Assembly (NCBI GenBank): GCA_051532055.1
Contig: JAOPTX010000007.1
Span: forward strand, 128,001-192,000
Direction: 5' to 3'
Origin: Fibrobacterales bacterium
GTDB lineage: Bacteria; Fibrobacterota; Fibrobacteria; Fibrobacterales; JAOPTW01
DNA: 64,000 nucleotides
The notes below the pieces were generated by a model. The model worked only from the letters and a program-made list of their open reading frames with translations, was not told the DNA's origin and did not search any database. Of this stretch, positions 35,640 through 46,257 are shown one piece after another (the first letter of the stretch is position 1; each line of letters begins with the position of its first letter). Made by a program: the position numbers and the translations under genes.

Positions 35640-36362
35640 CTATAGATCGAAGTGAAATCCCATCTCTTGAAGCTTATTATATTTCCGTTTATCAAAACGA
35701 TAATAACGAGCAGCGCGGTGAGAAACACCTGTTTGACGCTCATTTAATGCAACGAGGAAATCCATTTTAAGAATCTTTTTACGGAAGTTCCGCTTATCAA
35801 GTTCTAATCCAAGGATTTCTTCATACAATTTTTGAAGTTCAGTCAACGTAAATTTACGAGGAAGAAGTTCAAAACCGATTGGTTCATAGCGAACTTTTGA
35901 TTTAAGGCGTCTATGTGCCACCTCAAGTATTTCACCATGATCAAAAGGCATCGTTGGTGCCTCTGATACTTTATTCCAACTAACCTTACGCACGTTGTTA
36001 CCAGCTTGCAAGTTGTAATCTTCAGGATTAATCAGTGCATAATAAGCAACAGTTATTACACGCTTAAGAGGATACCGCTCTACTTCACCAAAAGTAAACA
36101 GTTGCTCAAGAAAAATATCCCGTACACCGGTTAAATCACCGAGAATTCGCTCCGAAGCATTTTCAAGACTCTCACTCACATGGACCAATCCACCTGGAAG
36201 TGCAAGTTGCCCTGCACATGGCTCAACATCCATTTCTAGAGTAATGAAGTGGAGAGCATTATCCACAACGCCAAATATGACGTAGTCCACTGAGAGATGT
36301 TCCAGATACTCATTCTGGTCACGATACGGAGAGGTTTCGGCGTCTTTTGTATTAATTGGCAT
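35640..36362 (-). CDS. nrtR: NrtR-family Nudix-related transcriptional regulator
   Basis: SVD.VIFG, ALPGG with a degenerate Nudix box, LEQLFTFG...R.P..RVITVAYYAL, FDH..I, FTL.ELQ.LYE.ILG..LDKRNFRKK winged helix. Confidence 0.9.
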   Translation of the reverse strand: MPINTKDAETSPYRDQNEYLEHLSVDYVIFGVVDNALHFITLEMDVEPCAGQLALPGGLVHVSESLENASERILGDLTGVRDIFLEQLFTFGEVERYPLKRVITVAYYALINPEDYNLQAGNNVRKVSWNKVSEAPTMPFDHGEILEVAHRRLKSKVRYEPIGFELLPRKFTLTELQKLYEEILGLELDKRNFRKKILKMDFLVALNERQTGVSHRAARYYRFDKRKYNKLQEMGFHFDL

Positions 36363-36476
36363 GTGCTATCTCGAGGGTTTTAATCGTAAGTGAAAAATAA
36401 CATAAAAACGCCCGCTATTCAAAGAGTAACGTACCCATATGAAGGAAAAAAGTTCGTTTTTTTACCTATTACACAA

Positions 36477-37820
36477 TTATATGTCAACTTCAACAACGGC
36501 ACCTGACTTTACCTCATCTGCAAGCGAAATCGAGCTGTTATATCGTCCCTCTTTTGGGCCATTTTCGAGGTTAAGCACTCCACGAGGGCACGCAAGAGAA
36601 CACATTCCACAGCCAACACAACTAGCCCTCACAATATTTTCACCCTTTTGTGCATACTCTCGTACATCAATCCCCATTTCACAGTACGTTGTACAATTAC
36701 CACACGAAACACATTGCGCACCATTGGTCGTTATCCTAAATCGTGAATTAACCCGTTGTAATATTCCCAATATCCCCGCCATTGGACAACCAAATCGACA
36801 CCAAATTCGAGTCCCGAGTAAAGGATATAACCCTACTCCAATGACTCCAGAAAATACAGAGCCAATGAAGAAACCATAAAACTGGGCAAGCCCTTTTGAG
36901 AAGCCAGTAACCCATCCTGTTGCAAACGAGAACCAGAGTGCCCCAGTTGCCAATACAATAAGTCCCAATACTGAATAGATTGAAATTTTCTCAATTGACC
37001 AAGCGCGCTTTGTTGAATTCGAAAGGTGGCGCCAGGTATCACCAGCAGTATTAGCAAGTCCACCACAACCACATACCCACGAACAATACCACCGTTTACC
37101 ATAGAAATAAGTCAAAATAGGAGTGAGTACAAAGGTAAATGCAACGCCCCACACCAACAATACGAGTGAAAGCTTAGCGGGGTTATTCATGAGCCCAATA
37201 AAATTTGCAGGAAAGAAGTCGCTGTAACTTAAAGGCCAAGAGTAGTTGAGATATTTTTCTGGTTGTTTAAAATAGACAAGGAGAGAGGGTATTAAAAAGG
37301 CAAGGAAAAACTGCGCAGCCATTACCACAGCAGTACGCGCAATCTGATAGCGACTATGACGATAACGAATTAACGCACGTGTCCCCATCACAACCACCGC
37401 AATAGTATAGAATAGGCCATAAAAATACCACTGATCAGAAGGTTTGTCCCGCAATAACTGACTCATAGGGTCACTCATTCTATAAAGGTGCTCCATCGTA
37501 TGTGGCCACCAGTACCACAGCACATAAAAGAGGGTTATTACCATCCCTAACGCCCATGCAGGAACCCCTCTGTTTGTAGTGCCACTGAACATTGTACCGT
37601 TGTTCATCACACCTTTATGGCGAGTGAGATACGTTACGGCACTATGCCCAATAGTACCGATCACCAAAGGCACCACCGCAAGGAGTAGCATAAGAAGAGA
37701 ATGAGATGAACCATATCCCACAAGAGAGAGAAGCAGAGCAATCAACCCCATATATATTATGCCAATAGCAGCAATCTGGGCGCTACTCCGTTTTTTAACA
37801 TAACTCGTTACATAACTCAT
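36477..37820 (-). CDS. Polytopic membrane 4Fe-4S binding protein (NapH/YccM-like)
   Basis: WYCSWVCGCG and WCRFGCP motifs; two C-terminal CxxCxxCxxxC ferredoxin motifs. Confidence 0.88.
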   Translation of the reverse strand: MSYVTSYVKKRSSAQIAAIGIIYMGLIALLLSLVGYGSSHSLLMLLLAVVPLVIGTIGHSAVTYLTRHKGVMNNGTMFSGTTNRGVPAWALGMVITLFYVLWYWWPHTMEHLYRMSDPMSQLLRDKPSDQWYFYGLFYTIAVVVMGTRALIRYRHSRYQIARTAVVMAAQFFLAFLIPSLLVYFKQPEKYLNYSWPLSYSDFFPANFIGLMNNPAKLSLVLLVWGVAFTFVLTPILTYFYGKRWYCSWVCGCGGLANTAGDTWRHLSNSTKRAWSIEKISIYSVLGLIVLATGALWFSFATGWVTGFSKGLAQFYGFFIGSVFSGVIGVGLYPLLGTRIWCRFGCPMAGILGILQRVNSRFRITTNGAQCVSCGNCTTYCEMGIDVREYAQKGENIVRASCVGCGMCSLACPRGVLNLENGPKEGRYNSSISLADEVKSGAVVEVDI

Positions 37821-39178
37821 ACTGCATGCCCCTTTTTACTCCAGATCCTCTTCCACAATGGTGTCCGTAACCCTTTAGATGTTATTAAGGTAACCGGAGC
37901 AAATGACTGATTAAAACGCTGAATAACTGACTCTTCAAACCGAGCAAAAAATTCCGGATCAAAATTAAGTGCCCCTAAATGCTCCATTACATAGGTTATG
38001 GTTCGCGCTTCAGCAATCCATTTCTCACAAATTTCATGTCGAGCTCTAATGCCAAAAAAGTTGAATCCTGTAACTGCCTGACCTTCCTTTTTGAAAGTAA
38101 CCCGCATGAGGCGATGCTCTTTTGAATCCTCCCACACAAAGGTCTCTTCATCATTGGGGCTTTTAGGAAGTACCATGCCATAGGTCTGATATTCAATGTC
38201 AAAAAACTTTGCTGAGTTGAACCAAATTCCTGGGGTATATTTGCTGTCCTCTCCTCCAAGAATTGCACCAAGTGTTTCACCATGTGCCTTTGCTGTGTAC
38301 CATACTTGTTCCACAGGCCGCCTTCCTGGAAGGGGCTCTCTAAACTGAGCACAATCACCAACTGCATAGACATGTGGTTGAGATGTTTTAAACTGATGGT
38401 CAATAAGAATCCCTCTATCACACTCTAATGAGGTCTCTTTGACAAAATCAATATTCGGGTGTACTCCAACAGTAATGCCCACAAACTGACAGTCAATCTC
38501 TTCACCTTTTGTGGTAATAATTTTTTCAACACGTCCTGACTCGTCCTTAACAATCTCCTGAAGTTCTGATACCAGTCGTAAATCAACATGATGTTCTTGT
38601 ATATGCCGGCCAATCATCTCTGACTCTTCTGAGGGGAGTACCGCGCTCCAAAATAATTCTTCACGAACTAAAAAAGTAACCGGTATATTGCGAGAGAGAA
38701 GCATTTCTGCAACCTCAACTCCAATCAATCCACCACCCACAACAACTGCTCGTTGAATACCTTTTGTGGATGTTTCCATTTTTTTAAGGTCATCCATGGA
38801 ATAAAATCCCTGAACCCCAGTAGCATCTTGACCCGGCCACCCAAAAAAATTAGATGCAGATCCTGTTGCAAGTACTAACTCGGTATATTCAATGACAGAT
38901 CCATCCTGTAATTTCAACTGTTGCTCAGTATAGTCAACAGTAGTCACCTCATTTTGAATAAGAGATATATTCTGCTCCTTCCAAAATGCCGACTCATAGG
39001 GTTGTGTCTGCTCGACCGTCATATGCCCCATATAGATATACATTAGAGCTGGGCGAGAAAAAAAGTAAGGGCTCTCCTTAGAGATTATGGTTATAGAACC
39101 ACTACTCTGCTTTGCCCGGAGCGATACTGCAGTAGAAATACCCGCCGCTCCATTTCCAATAATAACAACATGACTCAT
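37817..39178 (-). CDS. FAD/NAD(P)-dependent oxidoreductase (pyridine nucleotide-disulfide family)
   Basis: IIGNGAAG, LATGS, VVGGGLIGVE, YAVGDCA. Start set to MSHVV at 39178. Confidence 0.9.
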   Translation of the reverse strand: MSHVVIIGNGAAGISTAVSLRAKQSSGSITIISKESPYFFSRPALMYIYMGHMTVEQTQPYESAFWKEQNISLIQNEVTTVDYTEQQLKLQDGSVIEYTELVLATGSASNFFGWPGQDATGVQGFYSMDDLKKMETSTKGIQRAVVVGGGLIGVEVAEMLLSRNIPVTFLVREELFWSAVLPSEESEMIGRHIQEHHVDLRLVSELQEIVKDESGRVEKIITTKGEEIDCQFVGITVGVHPNIDFVKETSLECDRGILIDHQFKTSQPHVYAVGDCAQFREPLPGRRPVEQVWYTAKAHGETLGAILGGEDSKYTPGIWFNSAKFFDIEYQTYGMVLPKSPNDEETFVWEDSKEHRLMRVTFKKEGQAVTGFNFFGIRARHEICEKWIAEARTITYVMEHLGALNFDPEFFARFEESVIQRFNQSFAPVTLITSKGLRTPLWKRIWSKKGHAV

Positions 39179-39265
39179 AACGGATCCAATCAAATGATTT
39201 CTCTTTAGTGAAAGGTATCACACTTTCCTTACAGAATGAGAATAATTATTTAATAAAGTGAGTTA

Positions 39266-39562
39266 TCAGGGTAGAAGTACCCGGTTATCCTTTGCGGCAC
39301 TATTTATGAGCGTTACGACAACATCACGGTCCATTCTCGTTGGGGCATCGCCAAAGTCAAATGATTTCCGTTCCCATGTACCATCTTCTTTTAGAACTCC
39401 GCCCCATATAATATCATCATACTCATAGCCTGAAGCCTGTTGTAAAAAAAGGTGGCGTGTGAGCTCTTTTGCAAAAAAGACACTATTGTCGAAAGTGACA
39501 ATATAGGTGATTTTGGGAACATTGCCATTGCGTACTGGAAGCTCTCTAATTTTAAACTGCAT
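39266..39562 (-). CDS. Hypothetical protein (98 aa)
   Basis: ORF with GAGGA RBS, co-oriented between hemH and the oxidoreductase; no family recognised. Confidence 0.65.
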   Translation of the reverse strand: MQFKIRELPVRNGNVPKITYIVTFDNSVFFAKELTRHLFLQQASGYEYDDIIWGGVLKEDGTWERKSFDFGDAPTRMDRDVVVTLINSAAKDNRVLLP

Positions 39563-39598
39563 GATATTTCATCCTCAGGAGGTTTGCCCTAATATATT

Positions 39599-40573
39599 CT
39601 ACTCTTTCGTTAACTCAAAGACTTTTTCTTTCACAAGGGTAGCAAACCCTTTAATCCAATCTGGTTCGCTATTTAAAGAAGGAATCACCAGACACGAATC
39701 ACCACCGAGCTCAAGAAAAAGGTCGCGATACTCCATTCCGATTTCTTCAAGAGTTTCCAAGTTATCAGCAACAAATGAGGGGCTTGAGATGGCAATACGT
39801 CTTACTCCCTGCTCCCTGAGACTGCGAATGATGTCATCAGTTGCAGGCGAGAGCCACTCCCCTGGCCCAAACTTTGATTGAAAACAAGGTATAATATCTT
39901 CAGAACCCAATGAAAGCTCTTTTTTAAGGAGCTCTGCAGTAGCGAGACAATGGGTATAATAAGGGTCACCAACGTTAATTTTACTCATAGGATACCCATG
40001 AAAAGAGAGGAGTAATTTTTCTACAGGCTCTCTACTCAACAGCCTCGTATGAACCTCTCCAAGGGACTGTATATAATAAGATGAATCGTAAAATGAGCTT
40101 ACAAAGTTTACTCTCGGTTTCCACCGAAGTGACTTTAAACCTTTTAATAAGGCGTCTTCAGCAGATGTTGTCATCGCTTCAGCAAATTGTGGATAGAGTG
40201 GAACCGCCATAAGAGCATCAACCCCACACTCTTTGAGTTCCTGTAGCGCTGTTTTAACAAGAGGCTGCATGCCATGAACATACGCATGTCGTACTTCATA
40301 AGCATCACTCAGTATTCGAGCTACTCCTTCAGTAAATTGTTCAGTATAATAATGGAGTGGGAGTTGCTCCTCTACCAATATTGATCGATATTTCTTGGCA
40401 ACTTTTGGCACTCTTTTAGGTAGAATTACTGCTCGTAGTAGTATTTTCCAAAAAAGCGACTGTTTTACCAGCCGTGGGTCACTTAAAAAGCTTTTTAGAT
40501 AGGCATGTACATCAGTTTCTGAGCCAGAAGCTGGAGATCCTAGTTGAATGAGTAAAAGACCCTGTTTTTTCAC
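39599..40573 (-). CDS. hemH: Ferrochelatase
   Basis: LLLIQLGSP, FLSDPR, VPLYPQF, LSFHG, FQSKFGP.EWL.P, FVADNLETLEEI. Confidence 0.95.
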   Translation of the reverse strand: MKKQGLLLIQLGSPASGSETDVHAYLKSFLSDPRLVKQSLFWKILLRAVILPKRVPKVAKKYRSILVEEQLPLHYYTEQFTEGVARILSDAYEVRHAYVHGMQPLVKTALQELKECGVDALMAVPLYPQFAEAMTTSAEDALLKGLKSLRWKPRVNFVSSFYDSSYYIQSLGEVHTRLLSREPVEKLLLSFHGYPMSKINVGDPYYTHCLATAELLKKELSLGSEDIIPCFQSKFGPGEWLSPATDDIIRSLREQGVRRIAISSPSFVADNLETLEEIGMEYRDLFLELGGDSCLVIPSLNSEPDWIKGFATLVKEKVFELTKE

Positions 40574-40686
40574 AACAAATACCTAAATTTGGCCAACCTT
40601 TTTAACAACATACAAATAAACAGTAAATATCTCACCTCGAAATTCCTATAAAGATAAGAGAGATAGACAATTTACAGGGTAGAAAC

Positions 40687-40884
40687 ATGTTTGATTCAAA
40701 TACCGCACTCCATTCACTCGATACATTTTATGCCGAGATTGAAAAGACTTTCGAACAAATAGACCACTCTACCCGCAAGCCTCAAAAGGCTCTTATATCC
40801 ACAATAGATCATATTAAACAAGAGACGGGTCTTGACTTTTGGGAGACTCAACAACGTATTGAGTCAAATACCGAGGGATACTAG
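40687..40884 (+). CDS. Small hypothetical protein (65 aa)
   Basis: Fills the gap between hemH and lnt; AGGG RBS-like sequence; stop abuts the lnt stop. Confidence 0.5.
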   Translation: MFDSNTALHSLDTFYAEIEKTFEQIDHSTRKPQKALISTIDHIKQETGLDFWETQQRIESNTEGY

Positions 40885-42513
40885 TTATCCTAGTCTCTTC
40901 TTAATTCCTCTCACAAACTCATAACCCTGCCAAAAAAGAATGATGAGAAAGAGGGCAAAAAAGATATTCTCAACACCATCTCCCATTAAACTATAGAGCG
41001 TTGTTCTATTTTTTAATGGAACCTTATGGCGCATAGCCTTTCTTTCAAATAACTCAGCCCGCTCTAACTCTGTCCCATAACTATCATAGAGAACCGAAAT
41101 ACCAGTATTGGCACTTTGTACTATGGGAATACCATTTTCAATAGCGCGAAACCTGATAAGATTTGCATGCTGGTACGGTTGCGTTGAACGCTTAAACCAG
41201 GCATCATTAGTAATCACTACTATAATTTTTGCCCCACCTTTTATAGCGTTACGAATAAAATAGGGATACACAACTTCATAGCATATTTGTGGAGAAAACT
41301 TAATAGCATCCCAAGCTGGCGATTCAGTCCCTGCAGTAAAATCCCCTTCACCCATATTAAGGTGTTGAATAGCAGGAATAACATCCTCCCAAGGGAGTCG
41401 TTCACTAAAAGGGACTAATCGATTTTTATTGTACTTCCGACGAGCGACAGAAGAATCTTTGGAAAAGAGAAAACCTGAGTTATACACCTTATATTTTCTA
41501 ATAGATCCTTCAACTGATCGTTCATAATCCAAGGCCCCAATAAGGATACTTGAATGTTTATCATAGGCAAGTTTTTGAATACGATCAGAGAGTTTACTTA
41601 CCTTTCTTAAATATTCGGGAATTGCCGTCTCGGGGAAAATAATAAGATCGGCACTATCTGAATCAATGAGATCTGCAGTGGCTAGCGTGTGACCAATAAC
41701 TTCATCAAACTGCTTTCGAACCCACTTCTCTTTCTGCTCAATTGCAGGCTGAACAACTACAATATCTGCAGTATCAGGACTGTCAGATCGGCCTGACAAG
41801 ATAACGAAACCTACAATAGCCATCAGTATAATAGGTACGAGCCCATAACCAACATAGCGATATTTTTTTTCTGTCCACGCTCGAAACAAATAGAGATTTG
41901 ATATAATAATAAGTGCGCTATACCCAAATATTCCGATGTATGCAAGTCCCTGAAGAAGAGTTTGCGATCCACCAAGAGTATATCCTATGTGCCCCCACGG
42001 AAGAGATATTTCACCTTTTGTTTTTACTAGCTCAATGCCAACCCAAATAATTGGATACAGCATTAGCAGAGATCTATTATAGAGAAACTTAAAGGAAAGC
42101 CCAAGAAACGCAACATAAAGGGCAAGGTAACTCACTAACAGAACCATTCCAAGAGCAATAACAACACTGAGATCCTGCCCTGAATCCATAACGTAGGCAA
42201 GCCAATAAAACATGCAAACATTATGTACAAAGCCACCAATAAAGGAGATGAGAGCAACTTCACGATAAGGCCGCCCTTTTATCACTATAAAAAAAGGAGC
42301 CAGAAGTACAAAAGACAGAACTCCCTGAAATGCGAGGGGAAAATCAAATGAAAAAATCGTATACGGAGGAAACGTAGCTGCTAGTGCAATCCAACAGAAA
42401 ATTGACACTCCAAGAGCTTTTAAAAAGGAGATATCGCGAAAAATTTTTATAACCATAACCGGTATACCCAACAACTTCTGTATACCTTTCAAAATATTTG
42501 AAACCATGATCAC
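40885..42513 (-). CDS. lnt: Apolipoprotein N-acyltransferase
   Basis: Multiple TM segments, PWGHIGY, VVQPAI, FPETA, YNK.RLVPFSE, ICYE, ITNDAWF, RAIENG, SANTGIS. Confidence 0.95.
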   Translation of the reverse strand: MIMVSNILKGIQKLLGIPVMVIKIFRDISFLKALGVSIFCWIALAATFPPYTIFSFDFPLAFQGVLSFVLLAPFFIVIKGRPYREVALISFIGGFVHNVCMFYWLAYVMDSGQDLSVVIALGMVLLVSYLALYVAFLGLSFKFLYNRSLLMLYPIIWVGIELVKTKGEISLPWGHIGYTLGGSQTLLQGLAYIGIFGYSALIIISNLYLFRAWTEKKYRYVGYGLVPIILMAIVGFVILSGRSDSPDTADIVVVQPAIEQKEKWVRKQFDEVIGHTLATADLIDSDSADLIIFPETAIPEYLRKVSKLSDRIQKLAYDKHSSILIGALDYERSVEGSIRKYKVYNSGFLFSKDSSVARRKYNKNRLVPFSERLPWEDVIPAIQHLNMGEGDFTAGTESPAWDAIKFSPQICYEVVYPYFIRNAIKGGAKIIVVITNDAWFKRSTQPYQHANLIRFRAIENGIPIVQSANTGISVLYDSYGTELERAELFERKAMRHKVPLKNRTTLYSLMGDGVENIFFALFLIILFWQGYEFVRGIKKRLG

Positions 42514-43196
42514 CCTTTATTTTGTGGATGAAAAAAGAGGACAAACTCACCCTTAGGAGTTCGTTCTTTATAGTGAGCCAGCATCTCTTTAGGTGTGCCA
42601 TGGAGTGTCTCTTCAAATTTTTTGGTAAGCTCACGTGAGAGAGAAAGAGTAATGTCACCATACACAGTGTCAATCTCACCGAGGAACTTTACCACCTGAT
42701 ACGGAGAAACATAAAAACAGACCGTATAAGCGTGCTCTTTGAGCGATTCGAGATACTTTAAACGTCGCGCACTTTTTTTAGGGGCAAATCCTTCAAAAGA
42801 GAAGGCGTCACTCGGCATACCTGATACTACAAGCCCACTCAAAAGAGCTGATGCACCTGGAATCGCCACTACTGGAATGTCGTGTTGTATTGCTTCACGT
42901 ACTATATAAAAGCCGGGATCGGCAACACACGGAGTGCCCGCATCAGAAATAAGAGCAATGCTCCCTTCGTGCTTGAGGTGCTCTATATATTGACCGGTTT
43001 TTTTCTCTTTATTAAAATCGTGATAACTCTTCATATGCGTCGTTATCTCATAATGTTTGAGAAGCTTTGCACTGTTTCTTGTGTCTTCTGCTAATACCAG
43101 TGAGGCCTCTTGGAGGATTCTCACTGCACGAAAGGTCATATCTTCTAAGTTCCCTATTGGTGTGCTCACCAAATAGAGTGTATGCTGGTTGCTCAT
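42510..43196 (-). CDS. rsmI: 16S rRNA C1402 2'-O-methyltransferase
   Basis: LYLVSTPIGNLEDMTFRA, AEDTR, ISDAGTP..ADPG, RELTKKFEE, KGEFV. Confidence 0.96.
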   Translation of the reverse strand: MSNQHTLYLVSTPIGNLEDMTFRAVRILQEASLVLAEDTRNSAKLLKHYEITTHMKSYHDFNKEKKTGQYIEHLKHEGSIALISDAGTPCVADPGFYIVREAIQHDIPVVAIPGASALLSGLVVSGMPSDAFSFEGFAPKKSARRLKYLESLKEHAYTVCFYVSPYQVVKFLGEIDTVYGDITLSLSRELTKKFEETLHGTPKEMLAHYKERTPKGEFVLFFHPQNKG

Positions 43197-43204
43197 TATT
43201 CCTA

Positions 43205-45142
43205 CTATTTCACCCGATACATTTCGATACGTCTATTTTTCTGACGTCCGCTTGCTGTTCTATTGGTGGCTATGGGGTTTTTAGGGCCATATCCTTTTGA
43301 ACGAAGCTGTTTTTTGGGTACTCCAACGGAGCGTAAATATTTTACTACTGAACGCGCACGGCGTTTTGAAAGTTTTAAATTGGTACTTTTAGAACCTTTA
43401 TTGTCAGAATATCCTCTGATTTCAATGACCGCACCTAAATTCTCTTTCAATGTTTCAGCCACTTCATCGAGCTTTTCATGAGAGTCTTCAGTTAATTCCG
43501 TTGATCCTGTTCTAAAATTAACGCCATGGAGAACAATCTGAGTCCGTCTCTCAATCATCGGTTTAGGCTTACGGTCGGGGCAGCCATCAGCATCCTCGAA
43601 GCCATTCATTACTTCAGCGGCATCTGGACATCGATCCTGTTTATCCTCTATTCCATCTCTATCATTATCATTATCGGGGCACCCATCATCATCTTCAAAA
43701 CCATCACGATCCTCTTTCTTCTTCGGACACTGGTCTCCCACATCATTCACGCCATCCTTATCAGAGTCTTCTGAACCATCAGGACACCCATCATCATCTT
43801 CAAAACCATTGAGATCTTCTGCCTCATCAGGACAAGAATCCTTAGCATCTAAGTAGCCATCTTTATCATTATCAGATTCAGGGCAGCCATCAGCATCTTC
43901 AAATCCATCCATATCTTCAGGCTCCCCTGGACAGTTATCTTTTACATCCAAAATACCATCGAGGTCATTATCCGCTTCTGGGCAACCATCATGGTCTTCA
44001 TAGGCATCAAAATCTTCAGCTTCATCTGGGCAGACATCCTCACGATTTATCAAACCATCAAGGTCATCATCTTGCGGAAGTAAAAATCCATTCCATGATA
44101 ATTGTGCAGAAAAACCCCACTTCACCGTTGGCTGCACATAATAGTGCAATTGTTCTGTTGGGTCATCATCGCTATCGGCAATGAGTTCCTGAAGGGTACT
44201 CGGATCCTGATTAATGTTTGAAAGACCACCATAATCAAGCGCCATGGAGATTGAAACCCCCTGCTCTGATTTAACAGCAAAACCAGGTGAAAGGATCAGT
44301 GGATCTCTCTCGAGGTCAAACCCTTCTGCCCATTGAGAAAGGCGAGTCTGACCAGAGAAGTCACAAAAAATGGAAAAGTAACGATGAGGATTGTAGGCGA
44401 CCGACGCATTGAGTAAAAATGAGTTGTCGTGATTATCTGAATGAGTAAAAAGCATGCCATAGTTCACATTAAACTCAAGAGGGACAGGGTCCCACATTTC
44501 ATTTAAATCAAGAGTCCAGAGCATCATAACGGTATAGGTTGGATCCCATGCAGTATAAAACCCTCCTTCAACTCCTGCCTCTTTAGGGGCGTAATAACTC
44601 TCTTTAGGTATAAATCCCTTTTTCTCACTTCCTGTAGGAAAAGTCAACGCACCAAGAAAAGCCATGTCAAAAACATGAGAGTGCTTATAAGGTGGGTACT
44701 GAAATTTACCACGAAGCTCAAGGTCACCCTGCCCCCATCCAGTCATATGACTCACATCAGAGGGTTCAATACCATCCGTCGTTAAGAGATCGAGATACAA
44801 AGGCATAGATAGGTTAAAATCAAAATAATCAGAGATACCAATACTGATAAATGCGCGGGTAGACACGTCGGCAATTTCACGAATACCATCAATGGTATCC
44901 ACTGGGTTCGTCGCAGATTCATCATCGTGAAGCCACATACGTTGACGGTATAATTTATTTTTATCTAAAGAGAGATCGCCACTTACACCAGCAGATAATT
45001 TTCCATTCCCAAGAGTTTTTGCTGAAAAGGTCCGAATATGACCGTAGAGACCATATATGTTAGGTGCACTGACCACTTCATTTTTAGCGCCAAAAGTTGT
45101 AGAATAGAGCAAAATTAGTGCTACTGCAATCAATTTTTTCAT
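43205..45142 (-). CDS. OmpA-family outer-membrane protein with thrombospondin type 3 repeats
   Basis: Signal peptide, N-terminal beta-barrel-like region, Asp-rich D.D.DG..D..D.CP...ED.DG..D.DGCP repeats, OmpA C-terminal domain (N.KLS.RRA.SV..YL...G...NRRIE). Confidence 0.93.
   Translation of the reverse strand: MKKLIAVALILLYSTTFGAKNEVVSAPNIYGLYGHIRTFSAKTLGNGKLSAGVSGDLSLDKNKLYRQRMWLHDDESATNPVDTIDGIREIADVSTRAFISIGISDYFDFNLSMPLYLDLLTTDGIEPSDVSHMTGWGQGDLELRGKFQYPPYKHSHVFDMAFLGALTFPTGSEKKGFIPKESYYAPKEAGVEGGFYTAWDPTYTVMMLWTLDLNEMWDPVPLEFNVNYGMLFTHSDNHDNSFLLNASVAYNPHRYFSIFCDFSGQTRLSQWAEGFDLERDPLILSPGFAVKSEQGVSISMALDYGGLSNINQDPSTLQELIADSDDDPTEQLHYYVQPTVKWGFSAQLSWNGFLLPQDDDLDGLINREDVCPDEAEDFDAYEDHDGCPEADNDLDGILDVKDNCPGEPEDMDGFEDADGCPESDNDKDGYLDAKDSCPDEAEDLNGFEDDDGCPDGSEDSDKDGVNDVGDQCPKKKEDRDGFEDDDGCPDNDNDRDGIEDKQDRCPDAAEVMNGFEDADGCPDRKPKPMIERRTQIVLHGVNFRTGSTELTEDSHEKLDEVAETLKENLGAVIEIRGYSDNKGSKSTNLKLSKRRARSVVKYLRSVGVPKKQLRSKGYGPKNPIATNRTASGRQKNRRIEMYRVK
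43575..44072 (-). repeat. Five ~33-aa TSP3-type Ca-binding repeat units (10 Cys-Pro motifs), coding
   Basis: Read directly from the OmpA translation. Confidence 0.88.
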
Positions 45143-45321
45143 ATCTTTAGTCCGTAGGTTGAGCTCGCAGGATCTTTGTGTTCCAAGTACGATAATGACC
45201 TTAAGATAGCTATTTTGACTTTAATGACAGCAAGATTTACCTGAAATGATCAGAAAATCTGCTTTTTAATCAACACTACTCATGTCAATATAGAGCAAAA
45301 AAAAACAATTACAGGAACCTG

Positions 45322-46236
45322 ATGGATCATAACCCCTCTCTTTTTGGAATTACGCAAAAATCTGGCAACTCAGATCGTTTGTGTGGAAATCTTATAGCCT
45401 ATGCGCTCATTGAAGACTATGAACAAAGTGAGCAAGACACACCGCTCGACGATCTCGTCCAAAATAACATAATTGCCGTTACCGGTGATTACCAAACAGA
45501 GCGAAGCCTCAAAGACTTCCTCAATAAGGAGTTTGGGAAAGATGCCGACAAAGGATTCGACGAACTCATCGATCAACTAAAAAAAATGGAGGATAAAGAT
45601 CTTGAAAGTGATGAAAACCTTCAAAAAAAGTTTGAGTCCTTCAGCAACATGGAGATCATTCCGGTACCTGCTCGAATTATCTTTTTTGATTCCGAAGAGG
45701 AAATCCTCAACTCTGCCGGAGATATTTTTTGCCTAGGCTCATTTAAGTCTCTTCAAAATGCACACCTGAGTGTAACCTCTTTTCCCATTCTCTATCAAGG
45801 AATATACCGAGAACAACAGTCAAAACATTCGACAGCTGAGATTAGTGAGCTCCTTACTCAAATAGAGACTACAGTCCACACCCATACATTAGTGTCTGAA
45901 AGCTGGGCCCTTGCCCAATCAAATATATCAAAACATAGTGAAGACCTACAAGACCTATTACTCAACGAAGCACTTCCTAAAATGATCTACCACCTGAATA
46001 ACCCAGAAGAGTACAACGGATTAGTGACGAGTTTCAAACTCTTTATGAAGCCCTACTCTCTCCCTTCAGATGTCGAAAAGATGCTCTCTTTTTTAGAAGA
46101 GTTAAAAAATGGATTACTCGACTCAACTCGTCGCCTTGAACTCATGTGTGAAAAGATTTCAGCGGTACACAATGAAGCATTCGAAAAACTCGAACGAATT
46201 CAAAATGAACTCCGTGCCCTTGGAGTAGAAGAGTAG
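45322..46236 (+). CDS. Hypothetical acidic protein with possible C-terminal UVR (UvrB/C) motif
   Basis: 304-aa ORF with AGGA RBS; ends AVHNEAFEKLERIQNELRAL, resembling the A...E.FE.AA..RD.I pattern. Confidence 0.65.
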   Translation: MDHNPSLFGITQKSGNSDRLCGNLIAYALIEDYEQSEQDTPLDDLVQNNIIAVTGDYQTERSLKDFLNKEFGKDADKGFDELIDQLKKMEDKDLESDENLQKKFESFSNMEIIPVPARIIFFDSEEEILNSAGDIFCLGSFKSLQNAHLSVTSFPILYQGIYREQQSKHSTAEISELLTQIETTVHTHTLVSESWALAQSNISKHSEDLQDLLLNEALPKMIYHLNNPEEYNGLVTSFKLFMKPYSLPSDVEKMLSFLEELKNGLLDSTRRLELMCEKISAVHNEAFEKLERIQNELRALGVEE

Positions 46237-46257
46237 ATCTCCCCACAGAGTCGCCCT

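Noticed and set aside
36439..36879. 146-aa plus-strand ORF and other short antisense ORFs in the track
   Set aside because: They lie opposite well-supported genes and show no recognisable motifs.
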